From: a virus
Taxonomy: Duplodnaviria; Caudoviricetes
Virus record (IMG/VR): IMGVR_UViG_3300010340_000989
Coordinates: 100,997-164,996 of that record
Reading direction: 5' to 3' (one strand)
Length of the DNA stretch: 64,000 nt
Both the position numbers and the translations under genes were made by a program. Numbering within the stretch: the stretch's first letter is position 1; each line of letters begins with the position of its first letter. Below the pieces are notes generated by a model. That model saw nothing but the letters and a program-made list of their open reading frames with translations. It had not been told where the DNA came from and did not search any database. Below are positions 40,222 to 51,106 of the stretch, in pieces.

Positions 40222-41123
40222 AAATAGCTTTTGGAATGATTGTCTTTGAGGGTGATTATGTTTTAAAACAATGCTTAGAGCAAGTATATCCCTTTGCAGA
40301 ACAAATTCTTATATCAGAAGGACCAGTTGAATATTGGCAACAAAGAGGAAAATTATCCTCGGAAGATAATACCAATAATATTTTAAATTCATTTCCTGAT
40401 CCGGATAATAAAATAATAATTGTACATGGTCAATTCAAAGAAAAAGATGACCAATGTAAGGCATATATGCCTTATTTAAAAGAAGATATAGATTATATCT
40501 GGAATTTGGACTCGGATGAGATATATAAAACGGAGGATATTAAAAAAATTATAGAATTTCTAAAAGTTGAAAAACCAACATCCGTTGGTATACAAAGCTG
40601 TAGTTTCTATGGTGGATTTGATAACTATCTAACAGGATTTGAGTTAAATAGAGATAATTTTCTTAGAATTTTTAGAATTCTACCAGGATCAACTTGGGCA
40701 ACACATAGACCACCTACAATAATGTACCCCAAAGGAGCTAATATCATTAACAAACATGTTCCATCTGATTGGATATATAAAAATTTAGGAGTACAAATGT
40801 ATCACTATTCTTATGTTTTTCCAAGGCAAGTAGAGACAAAGATATCTTACTATAAAGCAAAAATAAGTAGAGATAATTGCATAGATGATTATTATGATGA
40901 AGTTTATTTACCATGGGTTACTGGTAATGATGATGTTAAAAAACAAATTGAGAATAAATATATGGGTGTTCATGAGTTTAAACCAAATGTAAGAGGTGAG
41001 TGTTATACTACTAAATTTACACTTACACATCCAGAGTCAATAGAGAATGATTTGGAAAGCTTAAAAAATGATTTTAACGATCAATTGAGTAAAAGTTTAG
41101 ATAAAAATAACCTTGTAAAATAG
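40218..41123 (+). CDS. GT2-like glycosyltransferase
   Basis: MIVFEG, LDSDEIY, MYHYSYV. Confidence 0.75.
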   Translation: MKIAFGMIVFEGDYVLKQCLEQVYPFAEQILISEGPVEYWQQRGKLSSEDNTNNILNSFPDPDNKIIIVHGQFKEKDDQCKAYMPYLKEDIDYIWNLDSDEIYKTEDIKKIIEFLKVEKPTSVGIQSCSFYGGFDNYLTGFELNRDNFLRIFRILPGSTWATHRPPTIMYPKGANIINKHVPSDWIYKNLGVQMYHYSYVFPRQVETKISYYKAKISRDNCIDDYYDEVYLPWVTGNDDVKKQIENKYMGVHEFKPNVRGECYTTKFTLTHPESIENDLESLKNDFNDQLSKSLDKNNLVK

Positions 41124-41145
41124 GTAGATAAAAAATAAATTTAAT

Positions 41146-41670
41146 ATGTTTATGAGTACAGAAGAGTCACTTTTTTTACTTTCTAGTATTCGAGCTTTTC
41201 TTGCCGCTCACAAAAACAATGGAAAAGATGACAGAGTTCTTGAATATGGTTCGGGTTATTCAACATTGGAAATATCTAAAAATTGCAAATTTATTTTATC
41301 AATAGAACATGATGAAGAATGGTATAAAAATGTTAGAGATATGAGTAAAAGTTTTAAAAATGTTGATGTCGTTTTAAAAAAACCAAACCTACCTTATATA
41401 GAAGGTAATTATAATTGTGGTACTTATGATGAGTTTAAAGACTATATAAATGCGCCATTTGAATATGAAAAATTCGATTTTGTTTTCATAGATGGTAGGG
41501 CAAGAGTTGAGTGTTCAAAGTATGTTAATAATTTTATTAATGATGGTTCTTTGATTTTTGTGCATGACTTTTCATCTAGATTAGACAACCATAATTATAA
41601 AGAAATATATAAATATCTCGAATTGATTGAATCAGTTGGTGATATGTCAAAATTTAAAATAAAAAAATGA
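41146..41670 (+). CDS. Class I SAM methyltransferase
   Basis: LEYGSGYST, SIEHD..W, FIDGRAR, VHD. Confidence 0.8.
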   Translation: MFMSTEESLFLLSSIRAFLAAHKNNGKDDRVLEYGSGYSTLEISKNCKFILSIEHDEEWYKNVRDMSKSFKNVDVVLKKPNLPYIEGNYNCGTYDEFKDYINAPFEYEKFDFVFIDGRARVECSKYVNNFINDGSLIFVHDFSSRLDNHNYKEIYKYLELIESVGDMSKFKIKK

Positions 41671-42590
41671 TAAATCTTTTTCAGTTAGAAAATTATAATA
41701 TAGATACATCTATATTCAGTAATCTGTTACACGATAAAGTAGTAACAGAGTTTGAGGAATCATTTGCATCATATGTTGGGGCAAAATATTCTTGCACTAT
41801 AAATAGTGCGACTAATGCTATATTTCTTTTATTTTTAAATAGAAATATAACTGTTAATGTACCAAGTATGATACCACCGGTGGTTTTAAATGCTTTAATA
41901 ACATCTGGCAATAAAATAAATTTTATTGATGATACTAATTGGATTGGTGGATCATATATACTACATGACTTTGGTGATTATAAAGTAATAGACTCAGCAC
42001 AAAGAGTTGATAAAGATCAATTTAAAAATGAGGCAAATCCAAATGATATAATGTTTTTTAGTCATTATCCAACAAAGCCAGTTGGTAGTTGCGATGGAGG
42101 TACAATTGTATCAAATGATTATAATAAAATTAAGTGGATAAAAGAGGCGGTAATGAATGGTATGTCATTCGCGGAGAACAATTGGGACAGAGTAATTAAA
42201 TTTCCCGGGTATAAAATGTACATGAACTCAATACAATGTTATATAGCAAATGAGAACCTCAAAAAGATTGATAATAATAAATTATCACTAATGAAAATTA
42301 GAAACTATTATAATGAGAGATTGAATCTGTCTAATACAAGTGATCATCTATATAGAATTATGGTAGATGATAATAAAAAATTTGTAGAATATATGAAAAA
42401 ATTCGGAATTACGTGTGGTATACATTATAGCTGTCAGCACACTAATTCTATTTACAATCGAGGAGTAAAATTTAACTGCACACATTCGGAGGAGATTAGT
42501 AGTAAAACAGTTAGTATACCATTTCACACTAATTTAAATGATATGAATATAGATCTAATAGTAAATAAAATAATTGATTATGGGAAATAA
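41667..42590 (+). CDS. DegT/DnrJ/EryC1-family sugar aminotransferase
   Basis: FEESFA, NSATNA, DSAQ, SHYPTKPV..DGG, GIHY, VSIP. Confidence 0.85.
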   Translation: MINLFQLENYNIDTSIFSNLLHDKVVTEFEESFASYVGAKYSCTINSATNAIFLLFLNRNITVNVPSMIPPVVLNALITSGNKINFIDDTNWIGGSYILHDFGDYKVIDSAQRVDKDQFKNEANPNDIMFFSHYPTKPVGSCDGGTIVSNDYNKIKWIKEAVMNGMSFAENNWDRVIKFPGYKMYMNSIQCYIANENLKKIDNNKLSLMKIRNYYNERLNLSNTSDHLYRIMVDDNKKFVEYMKKFGITCGIHYSCQHTNSIYNRGVKFNCTHSEEISSKTVSIPFHTNLNDMNIDLIVNKIIDYGK

Positions 42591-42969
42591 GTTAAATATT
42601 TTTAATGATGATAGAGGTGGATATTTAATTCCATTTGAATTTATTGATCTTCCATTTTTACCTAAGAGAATTTTCACAGTAACGGACGTACCAAAAGATG
42701 GATTAAGAGGAGAGCATGCACACTATAATACACAACAAATTCTAATTTGTATTAAAGGAGAAATAATGGTCTATTTAGATCATGGTTATAAAAATGAGGA
42801 AATACTTTTAAGAAAAGGAGAACATGTTTTTATAGATAAAATGGTTTGGGACTCACAGCGGTTTTTAACTGGGGATGATTTTATGGTTGTTATTTCATCT
42901 ACACATTATGATATAAATGATTATATTCTCACCAAAAAAGAATTTTATAAAAAAATAAATAAAAAATGA
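42574..42969 (+). CDS. FdtA/QdtA-type sugar 3,4-ketoisomerase (cupin)
   Basis: DDRGG.L, PKRIF, RGEHAH, YD..DY. Confidence 0.88.
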   Translation: MIMGNKLNIFNDDRGGYLIPFEFIDLPFLPKRIFTVTDVPKDGLRGEHAHYNTQQILICIKGEIMVYLDHGYKNEEILLRKGEHVFIDKMVWDSQRFLTGDDFMVVISSTHYDINDYILTKKEFYKKINKK

Positions 42970-43775
42970 TACCAGTAATATTAGTACATATGGGTGTTTC
43001 CGACTATTTACAATATAGTCTTAAAAAAGCATTAGAGAAAAATAATGTCATTTTAATTGGAGATAAAAATCCTAATATAGAAAATAATAAATTTAAATTC
43101 TATAAAATTGATGACTACATTAATGAAGATTTTAAAAAATTCACATCACTATATGAGCATCTAAGCACAAATCCATATAATTTTGAACTATTTTGTTTTT
43201 TAAGATGGTTTTTAATAAAAGAATTCATGCATAGAGAAAATATAGATGTTTCATTTTATATAGACTCTGATGTTATGTTATATGTTGATGTGAATGATGA
43301 GTATCAGAAGAAGTTTAAACAGTATGACTTTACATTATTACACAGAACTGCTGCTATATCATCCTTTATAACAATTAATGGAATTAATAATTTTTGCAAT
43401 CTTTTATTGGATACATATTCGGATAAAAATTCATATAAATATCAAAAAATAAAATCACATTTTACTATAAGACAACAATATAGATTAGGAGGTGGGGTCT
43501 GTGATATGACACTATTAGAATTATTTCATTATAATGCGGATGATGGTGGTGGTCCTGGTAGAGTTGGTGAGATGATGGTTATTATCGATGATTCAACATA
43601 TGATCATAATGTTAATGTGCCTGATCAAGATTTCGATTTTAAAAATGGTATAAAAAATATTCAAATGATAGACGGAATACCATATGTCTATAGTAATAAA
43701 TTGAATAAGTTGATCAAATTTAACTCAATACACTTCAATAGCGGTGCAAAAACATTAATGTTTAATTATTTTTAA
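42966..43775 (+). CDS. Putative glycosyltransferase
   Basis: CFLRWF, YIDSDV, VCDMTLL, IHFN. Confidence 0.65.
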   Translation: MIPVILVHMGVSDYLQYSLKKALEKNNVILIGDKNPNIENNKFKFYKIDDYINEDFKKFTSLYEHLSTNPYNFELFCFLRWFLIKEFMHRENIDVSFYIDSDVMLYVDVNDEYQKKFKQYDFTLLHRTAAISSFITINGINNFCNLLLDTYSDKNSYKYQKIKSHFTIRQQYRLGGGVCDMTLLELFHYNADDGGGPGRVGEMMVIIDDSTYDHNVNVPDQDFDFKNGIKNIQMIDGIPYVYSNKLNKLIKFNSIHFNSGAKTLMFNYF

Positions 43776-43777
43776 AT

Positions 43778-44383
43778 ATGGAATATATAAATAGTTGGAA
43801 ATCTAAAGAAGTTTTCAAAAAACAATTAGAATTAAATATAAGTGAATTGAATGGAAACTACCCACCACATTGGTATTCATTTATAAAATTGATAAATACA
43901 TTAAATATCAATGATAATTTTAATATACTTGATATAGGATGTGGTGTTGGCGTTTATTCAGAGCTATGTAATCGACATCTAAAAAATGTATATTATACGG
44001 GAATTGATTATTCCGAAGAAGCAATTTTAACAGCTAAAAATACTTGGAGTGAAAGATACACTTTTATTAATAAGGATATTAATGATATAGACTATGATTT
44101 TATATCAAAATATGATTTAGTACACATGGGGGCTTTATTAGATGTTTTACCAAATGCTGATGATATTTTAGACTTTATATTAAAATTTTCAATAAAATAT
44201 ATCCTAATATCTAGAATAGAGATTGGTGATATTGAGAATTGCTATACTTATAAAGCATATGATGAAATAACTACATATAAATATATTCATAGTAAAGATA
44301 ATTTGTTAAAAACAATTTATAATAATAAGTATAAAATACTAAGTATGGATGGTAATAATCTACTCTTAGAAAAATTAAAATAA
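43778..44383 (+). CDS. Class I SAM methyltransferase
   Basis: ILDIGCGVG, YTGIDYSE. Confidence 0.85.
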   Translation: MEYINSWKSKEVFKKQLELNISELNGNYPPHWYSFIKLINTLNINDNFNILDIGCGVGVYSELCNRHLKNVYYTGIDYSEEAILTAKNTWSERYTFINKDINDIDYDFISKYDLVHMGALLDVLPNADDILDFILKFSIKYILISRIEIGDIENCYTYKAYDEITTYKYIHSKDNLLKTIYNNKYKILSMDGNNLLLEKLK

Positions 44384-44390
44384 TTAAAAA

Positions 44391-45146
44391 ATGAATATTG
44401 TTAAAATTTGGGATAAAGATGATATGAAATCTTATCTAAATGAATTTTGGGATCTTTATAAAGAAAGACCTATTAAAGATAATGATGGCGGCATGAAATC
44501 ACCACATATGTTTGCATCTTGGTATATAATAAAAAAAATGAAGCCAAAGTATATAATTGAGAGTGGTGTTTGGAAAGGTTTAGGAACTTGGTTTTTTGAA
44601 AAAGCTTCACCTGAATCTAAAATAATATGTTTAGATCCTAATCCTTTTTATAGGGTTTATACATCACCCACTGCTAAATACTCAACACAAGATTTATCTA
44701 AAATTGAATGGTCAAAAGTCTTGGACGTAAATGAAACACTGGTTTTTATAGATGATCATCAAAATTCATTAGAACGTGTCAAACAATGTGATCTATTTGG
44801 ATTTAAAAAAGTGATTTTTGAGGATAACTATCCTTATGATCAAGGAGATTGTTATAGTATAAAAAAGATACTATCAGGTAAAGATTATTGCATTGATAAT
44901 GCTGGAATTAGAACGTATCATAAAGCCAATCTAAATGATAAGTTATATTTGGAAAATATAATAGAAAATTATCAAGAAATGCCTCCGATATTTAAAGAGG
45001 AATATACTAGGTGGAAAAATAAATGGGAATATGAAACGCCAGATTCAATTCTATTAAAAGAAGAATTAAATCTTTTTCCGGAATTTATAAAAGAGACTTT
45101 AGATTATACTTGGATATGTTATTTAGAATTAAAAAATAAATCGTAA
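44391..45146 (+). CDS. Methyltransferase-like protein
   Basis: IESGVWKGLGT, FIDDHQN, FEDNY. Confidence 0.6.
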   Translation: MNIVKIWDKDDMKSYLNEFWDLYKERPIKDNDGGMKSPHMFASWYIIKKMKPKYIIESGVWKGLGTWFFEKASPESKIICLDPNPFYRVYTSPTAKYSTQDLSKIEWSKVLDVNETLVFIDDHQNSLERVKQCDLFGFKKVIFEDNYPYDQGDCYSIKKILSGKDYCIDNAGIRTYHKANLNDKLYLENIIENYQEMPPIFKEEYTRWKNKWEYETPDSILLKEELNLFPEFIKETLDYTWICYLELKNKS

Positions 45147-45148
45147 AA

Positions 45149-46084
45149 ATGATAAATATTACAATAGAAGACAACTTAGAATTATATAAAAACTATGAAG
45201 AATCATTAGATTTTTTATCTAAAATAGATGATAATGATTATGAATATCCTAAAGATATAACTTACTTCCATGTTTATTCTGAGATAAAAAATGATAAAGA
45301 ACTTCTATGTATAGAGTCATATTTAGCTACTCAAAATTTAGACAAGACCAAGTTGATTCTATGGTCAGACTATGATATATCAGATAATGAACTAGTTAGT
45401 CCTTACAAACATTTAATAGAAATGAGAATATATGATTTTGTTAAAGAATCTAAGGGTACCATTTTAGAAGGTAATACCGATTTAGAAAATGCTAATGATA
45501 GCAAACATTATATGAAAAGTGGAATATTAAGATTTTTAGTAACTTATAAGTATGGTGGTGTTTGGTTAGATATGGACATGGTATTATTAAGAGATTTTAA
45601 GCCATTATTAGATCAAGAATGGGCTTATATGTGGGGTGCTGAGATGGATTTTAGTAATTTTGGACCATGTGCAGCAATTATGAATATACACAAAGAAAGC
45701 AAGCATGCTCAAATATGTTTGGAGGAAATGAATACTACTAAAATGGTACCAGATAGTACTGTTTTAGACCATATGTTATTAGCGAAAGTTTACTCTATAA
45801 GAAAATTTAGTGTATTCCCATCAGCCTTTTTTAATACTGAATGGCAGATGAATGTCAAATGGATTGATGGTATTAGAAAATATGATCCAAATGGAATAGG
45901 TACAAAAACTGAAAGTGGATGGTTTATTAAAAATGAATATAGTACATCTCTTTTTGAAAATGCTTTTTCTTGGCATTGGCATAATTCCTCTTATAAGAAT
46001 AAGGAAATACTGGAAGGTAGTAAATTTGATTTATTACAAAAAAAAACTAAAAGAATTTTAAAAACCAAAAAAATTATTAAATGA
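45149..46084 (+). CDS. GT32 (DXD sugar-binding) glycosyltransferase
   Basis: LRFLVTYKYGGVWLDMD, WHWHN. Confidence 0.8.
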   Translation: MINITIEDNLELYKNYEESLDFLSKIDDNDYEYPKDITYFHVYSEIKNDKELLCIESYLATQNLDKTKLILWSDYDISDNELVSPYKHLIEMRIYDFVKESKGTILEGNTDLENANDSKHYMKSGILRFLVTYKYGGVWLDMDMVLLRDFKPLLDQEWAYMWGAEMDFSNFGPCAAIMNIHKESKHAQICLEEMNTTKMVPDSTVLDHMLLAKVYSIRKFSVFPSAFFNTEWQMNVKWIDGIRKYDPNGIGTKTESGWFIKNEYSTSLFENAFSWHWHNSSYKNKEILEGSKFDLLQKKTKRILKTKKIIK

Positions 46085-47025
46085 AAAAGGCATTAATAAT
46101 AGGTATATCTGGACAGGATGGAACCTTATTGGCAAAATATCTCATAGATAATAACTATGAAGTATATGGCACTTCTAGAGATTTTGAAATCACATCCTTT
46201 GAGGGATTAAAGAAGTTAAATATATTTAATGGTATTAAAATTTACTCCATGATATTAAACGACTTTAGAAGTGTTATTAAAGTAATTGATAGTGTCAGAC
46301 CAACTGAGATATATAATCTAGCTGGACAAACTTCAGTTGGATATTCATTTTTGCAACCTGTTGAGACAATTGAAAGTATAATAAACGGTTGTCTAAATGT
46401 ATTAGAAGCTGTTAAATTTCTTAAATTGAATTGTAAAATTTTTAATCCTTGTTCCTCAGAATGTTATGGCAATTCGTTAGATATATCTAACGAATTAACA
46501 CCATTTAATCCACTATCACCATATGCGGTTGCTAAAACATCATCATACTGGTTGACATCAAATTATCGAAATTCTTATGGAATATATACGTGCTCTGGAA
46601 TATTAAGTAATCATGAATCTTTTTTAAGGAGTGAAAGATTTGTAACGATGAAAATAATAAACACTGCAAAAAGAATTAGTAATGGTAAACAAGATAAATT
46701 AGAATTAGGAGATATTTCAATTATAAGAGATTGGGGATGTGCTGAAGAATATGTTAAAGGTATGCATTTAATGTTGCAACAAGAAAATCCTGAGGATTTA
46801 ATAATTTCAACTGAGAAATCAATAAGCTTAGAAGATTTTGTAAAATACACATTTGAAAAATATAATTTAGATTATAAAAAATATTTAATTATCAATGATA
46901 ATCTAAAGAGACCAAGTGATATTAAGGTTAGTAATTTATCAAGTAGTAAACTATTTGATAAGTTAAATTGGAAGCCAAAATATAATGTTTATGATGTAAT
47001 AGATAAAATAATAGATTCAATATGA
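46081..47025 (+). CDS. gmd: GDP-mannose 4,6-dehydratase
   Basis: GISGQDG, YNLAGQTSV, SSE, PLSPYAVAK, NHES, RDWG. Confidence 0.9.
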   Translation: MKKALIIGISGQDGTLLAKYLIDNNYEVYGTSRDFEITSFEGLKKLNIFNGIKIYSMILNDFRSVIKVIDSVRPTEIYNLAGQTSVGYSFLQPVETIESIINGCLNVLEAVKFLKLNCKIFNPCSSECYGNSLDISNELTPFNPLSPYAVAKTSSYWLTSNYRNSYGIYTCSGILSNHESFLRSERFVTMKIINTAKRISNGKQDKLELGDISIIRDWGCAEEYVKGMHLMLQQENPEDLIISTEKSISLEDFVKYTFEKYNLDYKKYLIINDNLKRPSDIKVSNLSSSKLFDKLNWKPKYNVYDVIDKIIDSI

Positions 47026-47975
47026 AAATAAAAGTTATCTCTTTAGAGGAAATTAATAATGATATACCTAATAATCCAATAAAAATCGAAAACTTAAAAG
47101 AATATCTAGAAGGAGGTAGAAAGGATGTTTTAATTAATCCAGATATTTTTTTTGAAAATGTGAGAACTATAAACAGGAAAGATAAGAATTTTTCATTGTT
47201 TGAAAGGACCAATTATATATCTGATAATGTTATATTAGTATTTTCTATTTATTTAGAATTATTTGAATATTTCAATAAATCTAATGATATGTTATCTATT
47301 ATTAGATTTTATTCTGAAAAATATTCAAATAATACAGTCATATTTTACTGGAATCATGATATCGATTTTAGTAAGTATAATTTTTTTATTGAAAATTTAA
47401 ATAATGTTTGTATTATAAACTATAACACAAGTAAAAAAAGTAAAAATGATATTATAGTTCCATTTTGGACATACTCTGATAAAGTTGATATAGTTGATAT
47501 TGAAAAAAATATTATCTGTAATTTTATAGGAACTATAAATAATGAATTGAGGTTAAAAATATTTAAAACTTTTAAAAATAAAAACGGTTATTATATTGAA
47601 CAAAAAATAGATTATAATTCATTTGTTAATGTGGTATCTAAAAGTAATTTTACATTTTGTCCAAGAGGACTAGGACTATCATCATATAGATTTTTTGAAT
47701 GTATGTTTTTGGGATCAATTCCAGTACTCTTTGCCGATGATGTAATATTACCATATGAAGATATAATCAACTATGATGATATGATAATTAGAATACCTGA
47801 ATCAAAAATTTTGGACTTTGAGTTTATAAATGACAAATTATCTAATATTAATATCTCAGATATGAAGAAAAAAATACATGATAATATAAAACATTTCAGA
47901 TTAGATGGAATTCAAGAATATGTTTATCAAAAAATAAAAGTAAAATATGCAAATAGATTGGGATCAATTAATTAA
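47022..47975 (+). CDS. Exostosin/GT47-like glycosyltransferase
   Basis: SNFTFCPRG.G.SSYRFFE...GSIPV..ADD..LPY. Confidence 0.8.
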   Translation: MKIKVISLEEINNDIPNNPIKIENLKEYLEGGRKDVLINPDIFFENVRTINRKDKNFSLFERTNYISDNVILVFSIYLELFEYFNKSNDMLSIIRFYSEKYSNNTVIFYWNHDIDFSKYNFFIENLNNVCIINYNTSKKSKNDIIVPFWTYSDKVDIVDIEKNIICNFIGTINNELRLKIFKTFKNKNGYYIEQKIDYNSFVNVVSKSNFTFCPRGLGLSSYRFFECMFLGSIPVLFADDVILPYEDIINYDDMIIRIPESKILDFEFINDKLSNINISDMKKKIHDNIKHFRLDGIQEYVYQKIKVKYANRLGSIN

Positions 47976-48588
47976 AAATAAATTTTTGGAAAACATAAAT
48001 GCAGGATCAATATGTTGTGATGTCGGATCCTGTAATGGTATATTCACCGAATTTTTTAAAAATATTACAGGTATCAACGGAATGGTATATTCTTTTGAGT
48101 TGAATATATTTAATTATAATAATCTTTTAAGACTAAAGTCGGATAATTGCATATGTGAGAACTTAGCAATATCTGATAAAAATGAAATGATAGATGTCTA
48201 TTCAGACAATGAACAATCAGGAAATCATATATCTAATATAGTTGGACATGATACATCATTTAGGAAAATGAAAAGTATAGGTAAAGTAAAATCTATATCA
48301 CTTGATGAGTATTTTAAAAATAAAAATGTTGATTATATGAAAATAGATGTCGAAGGAGCGGAATTAAAAGTAATAAAAGGTGGAATAGAAACATTAAAAA
48401 AATGTAAATTAGTAATAATCGAGTGCCATTATGATGAAGATTGGATGGATATATCTCAATTTTTAATTGATAATAATTTACAATTTAAAAATTTAGTAAA
48501 TGATGAAGTCGTTACATACGGTGAATATATACCAATTCCTGGACGTTCTTCAATTGGAAGACCATATCAAATGTATTTAATACAATAA
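47947..48588 (+). CDS. FkbM-family methyltransferase
   Basis: DVGSCNG, SLDEY, MKIDVEGAE. Confidence 0.88.
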   Translation: MQIDWDQLIKNKFLENINAGSICCDVGSCNGIFTEFFKNITGINGMVYSFELNIFNYNNLLRLKSDNCICENLAISDKNEMIDVYSDNEQSGNHISNIVGHDTSFRKMKSIGKVKSISLDEYFKNKNVDYMKIDVEGAELKVIKGGIETLKKCKLVIIECHYDEDWMDISQFLIDNNLQFKNLVNDEVVTYGEYIPIPGRSSIGRPYQMYLIQ

Positions 48589-48617
48589 AAAAACCCACTC
48601 ATTTGAGTGGGTTTTTT
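48587..48617. terminator. Bidirectional intrinsic terminator
   Basis: A7-CCCACTCA-tt-TGAGTGGG-T6; stem nearly identical to the dnaK terminator. Confidence 0.9.
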
Positions 48618-48618
48618 G

Positions 48619-50733
48619 TTATTCCTCTGTTTTCTTTTTCTTTGAAGGCTTTTTGATTTGAACAATCATCTTATCATCTTCTTTATTATAGTCAAGGATA
48701 AGTTTAGATCCTTTCTCAGGGTTATTTGCAATAATCTCTTCAGTTAAAACATCTTCAACATATCGTTGAATTGCTCTTTTTAAAGGTCTTGCTCCATATT
48801 GAGGATCGAATCCATTCTCAACAATCACATCTAATGCACCTTGTGTTAATTCTAATTCATATTCAAGATCTTTAACACGAGTCTTTAGTTTATCAACTTC
48901 AAGAGTGATAATCTTAGTGATTTCTTCTCTCTCAAGTGAGTTAAATGTGATCACATCATCAATACGATTTAAGAATTCAGGAGCGAAAGTCTTTTTCAAT
49001 TCTTTCTCAACTACACTCTTTTCTTCAACTGACTTAGAACCTTCACGACTTTTAGTATTGAATCCAACACCTGTTCCAAAATCTTTCAATTTTCTTGAAC
49101 CAGTATTTGATGTCATAATGATAATAGTATTTTTAAAATTAACTTTACGACCCATTGAGTCTGTTAATTGACCATCATCAAGAACTTGTAAAAGTATGTT
49201 AAATACTTCTGGGTGAGCTTTTTCAATTTCATCAAGAAGGATTACAGAGTAAGGTTTACGTCTAACTTTTTCAGTTAACTGACCACCTTCATCGTGACCA
49301 ACATATCCTGGAGGTGCACCGATCAAACGAGATACTGCGAATTTCTCCATGAACTCTGACATATCAACACGAATCAAAGAATCTTCTGAATCGAATAGAT
49401 ATTTAGCCAATTGTTTAGCCAATTCTGTTTTACCAACACCAGTTGGTCCTAAAAAGATAAATGAACCAATTGGTCGATTAGGATCTTTCAAACCAACACG
49501 ACCTCTTTGAATAGCTTTAACAACTTTGTTAATAGCATCATCTTGTCCAATAACTTTACCCTGCATCATTTCTTGCATCATTGCAAGTTTCTTGTTCTCG
49601 TTTTGAGATACTTTTTGAAGAGGAATACCAGTCATCATCGAAACAACTTCGGCAACATTATCCTCGGTTACAGTTTGACGATTTTCTTTTGTATCTTCAT
49701 CCCATTTTTTACGAGCATCTTCAAGTTGCTTTTGTAATTGTTTCTCAACATCACGTAGTTTAGCAGCTTCTTCATATCTTTGACCTTTAACAACTTCTGT
49801 TTTTTTGTCTTTAATATCAGATAACTTTTGCTCAATATCTGTAACTTCTTTTGGAACTACAATATTAGAAATATGAACACGAGATCCTGCTTCATCTAAA
49901 GCATCAATTGCTTTATCTGGAAGGAAACGGTCTGACATATAACGAGATGTTAAGTCAACACAAGCTTTGATTGCTTCGTCAGTGTAATTAACATTGTGGT
50001 GATCCTCATATTTATCTTTGATATTCCCAAGTATTTCTAATGTTTCATCAACAGATGCTGGTTCAACCATTACTTTTTGGAAACGTCTCTCAAGAGCACC
50101 ATCTTTCTCAATATGTTTACGATATTCATCGATTGTTGTTGCTCCGATGATTTGAATCTCACCACGTGCCAAAGCTGGTTTAAACATATTAGAAGCATCT
50201 AATGACCCAGAAGCACCACCAGCACCAATCATTGTATGAATTTCATCAATGAAAAGAATAACATCAGGATTTTTTTCTAACTCACCCATAAGTGCTTTAA
50301 TTCTTTCTTCAAATTGACCACGGTACTTGGTACCTGCAACCATTGAAGCTAAGTCTAATGTAACGATTCTTTTATTAAAAAGAACTCGAGAACATTTTCT
50401 TTGAATGATTTTAATTGCTAGTCCTTCAGCAATTGCTGATTTACCAACACCTGGTTCACCAATAAGAATTGGATTATTCTTTTTTCGTCTTGATAGAATC
50501 TGAGAAACACGCTCAATTTCTTTTAAACGACCAACGATAGGATCTAATTTTCCTTCTTCGGCGAGTTTAGTCAAGTCACGACTATATGAATCTAGAATTG
50601 GAGTTTTTGAAGTTCCAGTTTGATTCTTTTTTTGTTTAAAACTATCATCCATATCATCCTCATCATCATGCAAAGCATTTTTGATGTCATAATTTTCTTT
50701 GATGTAATTTTCTTCAGAAATCTGTTTTTCCAT
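48619..50733 (-). CDS. clpC: ClpC-type AAA+ unfoldase lacking the N-terminal Clp-repeat domain
   Basis: Walker A GEPGVGKS and [11 protein letters not shown]-like YEEAAKLRD middle domain, VGF loop, GARPLKR. Confidence 0.92.
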   Translation of the reverse strand: MEKQISEENYIKENYDIKNALHDDEDDMDDSFKQKKNQTGTSKTPILDSYSRDLTKLAEEGKLDPIVGRLKEIERVSQILSRRKKNNPILIGEPGVGKSAIAEGLAIKIIQRKCSRVLFNKRIVTLDLASMVAGTKYRGQFEERIKALMGELEKNPDVILFIDEIHTMIGAGGASGSLDASNMFKPALARGEIQIIGATTIDEYRKHIEKDGALERRFQKVMVEPASVDETLEILGNIKDKYEDHHNVNYTDEAIKACVDLTSRYMSDRFLPDKAIDALDEAGSRVHISNIVVPKEVTDIEQKLSDIKDKKTEVVKGQRYEEAAKLRDVEKQLQKQLEDARKKWDEDTKENRQTVTEDNVAEVVSMMTGIPLQKVSQNENKKLAMMQEMMQGKVIGQDDAINKVVKAIQRGRVGLKDPNRPIGSFIFLGPTGVGKTELAKQLAKYLFDSEDSLIRVDMSEFMEKFAVSRLIGAPPGYVGHDEGGQLTEKVRRKPYSVILLDEIEKAHPEVFNILLQVLDDGQLTDSMGRKVNFKNTIIIMTSNTGSRKLKDFGTGVGFNTKSREGSKSVEEKSVVEKELKKTFAPEFLNRIDDVITFNSLEREEITKIITLEVDKLKTRVKDLEYELELTQGALDVIVENGFDPQYGARPLKRAIQRYVEDVLTEEIIANNPEKGSKLILDYNKEDDKMIVQIKKPSKKKKTEE

Positions 50734-50739
50734 AATTTA

Positions 50740-51105
50740 TTACTCTTTTGTATTATATTTTATATCTTCGTTGTTATTAAAAGTTTTATCAAGTATTTCA
50801 TTGATTACATCTTCTCTACGAATAGATGCGTCAGTTGAGTTTAAAACATCACAATGAAATGAAACATTAAGTCTTTTATTATTGAAATCAAAGTCTAAAG
50901 TTTTAATATTTGTTCCATTTGTTTCAAATTTTTGAGAAATAATTCGAAAAACTCGACCAGACTCATATAGTTTAATGAAAAATTTTTCGTATAAAGGATT
51001 CTTATCAAGATCTAAATTGATAACAATACTCGCATGTGTTCCAAGTGATAATTGAACAGATCCGTCTATACAATCAAATATTTCATTATCTATCTTTATC
51101 TGCAT
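50740..51105 (-). CDS. Hypothetical protein (degenerate C-terminal tag RREDVINEIL)
   Basis: 121-aa ORF. Confidence 0.7.
   Translation of the reverse strand: MQIKIDNEIFDCIDGSVQLSLGTHASIVINLDLDKNPLYEKFFIKLYESGRVFRIISQKFETNGTNIKTLDFDFNNKRLNVSFHCDVLNSTDASIRREDVINEILDKTFNNNEDIKYNTKE
50759..50786 (-). promoter_or_regulatory. Putative middle-class promoter AAAC-N18-TATAAA for clpC
   Basis: Motif and spacing, inside the end of the upstream ORF. Confidence 0.55.
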
Positions 51106-51106
51106 A

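Noticed and set aside
8822-50733. Bacterial chromosome origin suggested by dnaK, dnaJ, clpC and the sugar operon
   Set aside because: These genes are interleaved with gp32, gp13, Rnl1 and homing endonucleases and share the same promoter and terminator motifs
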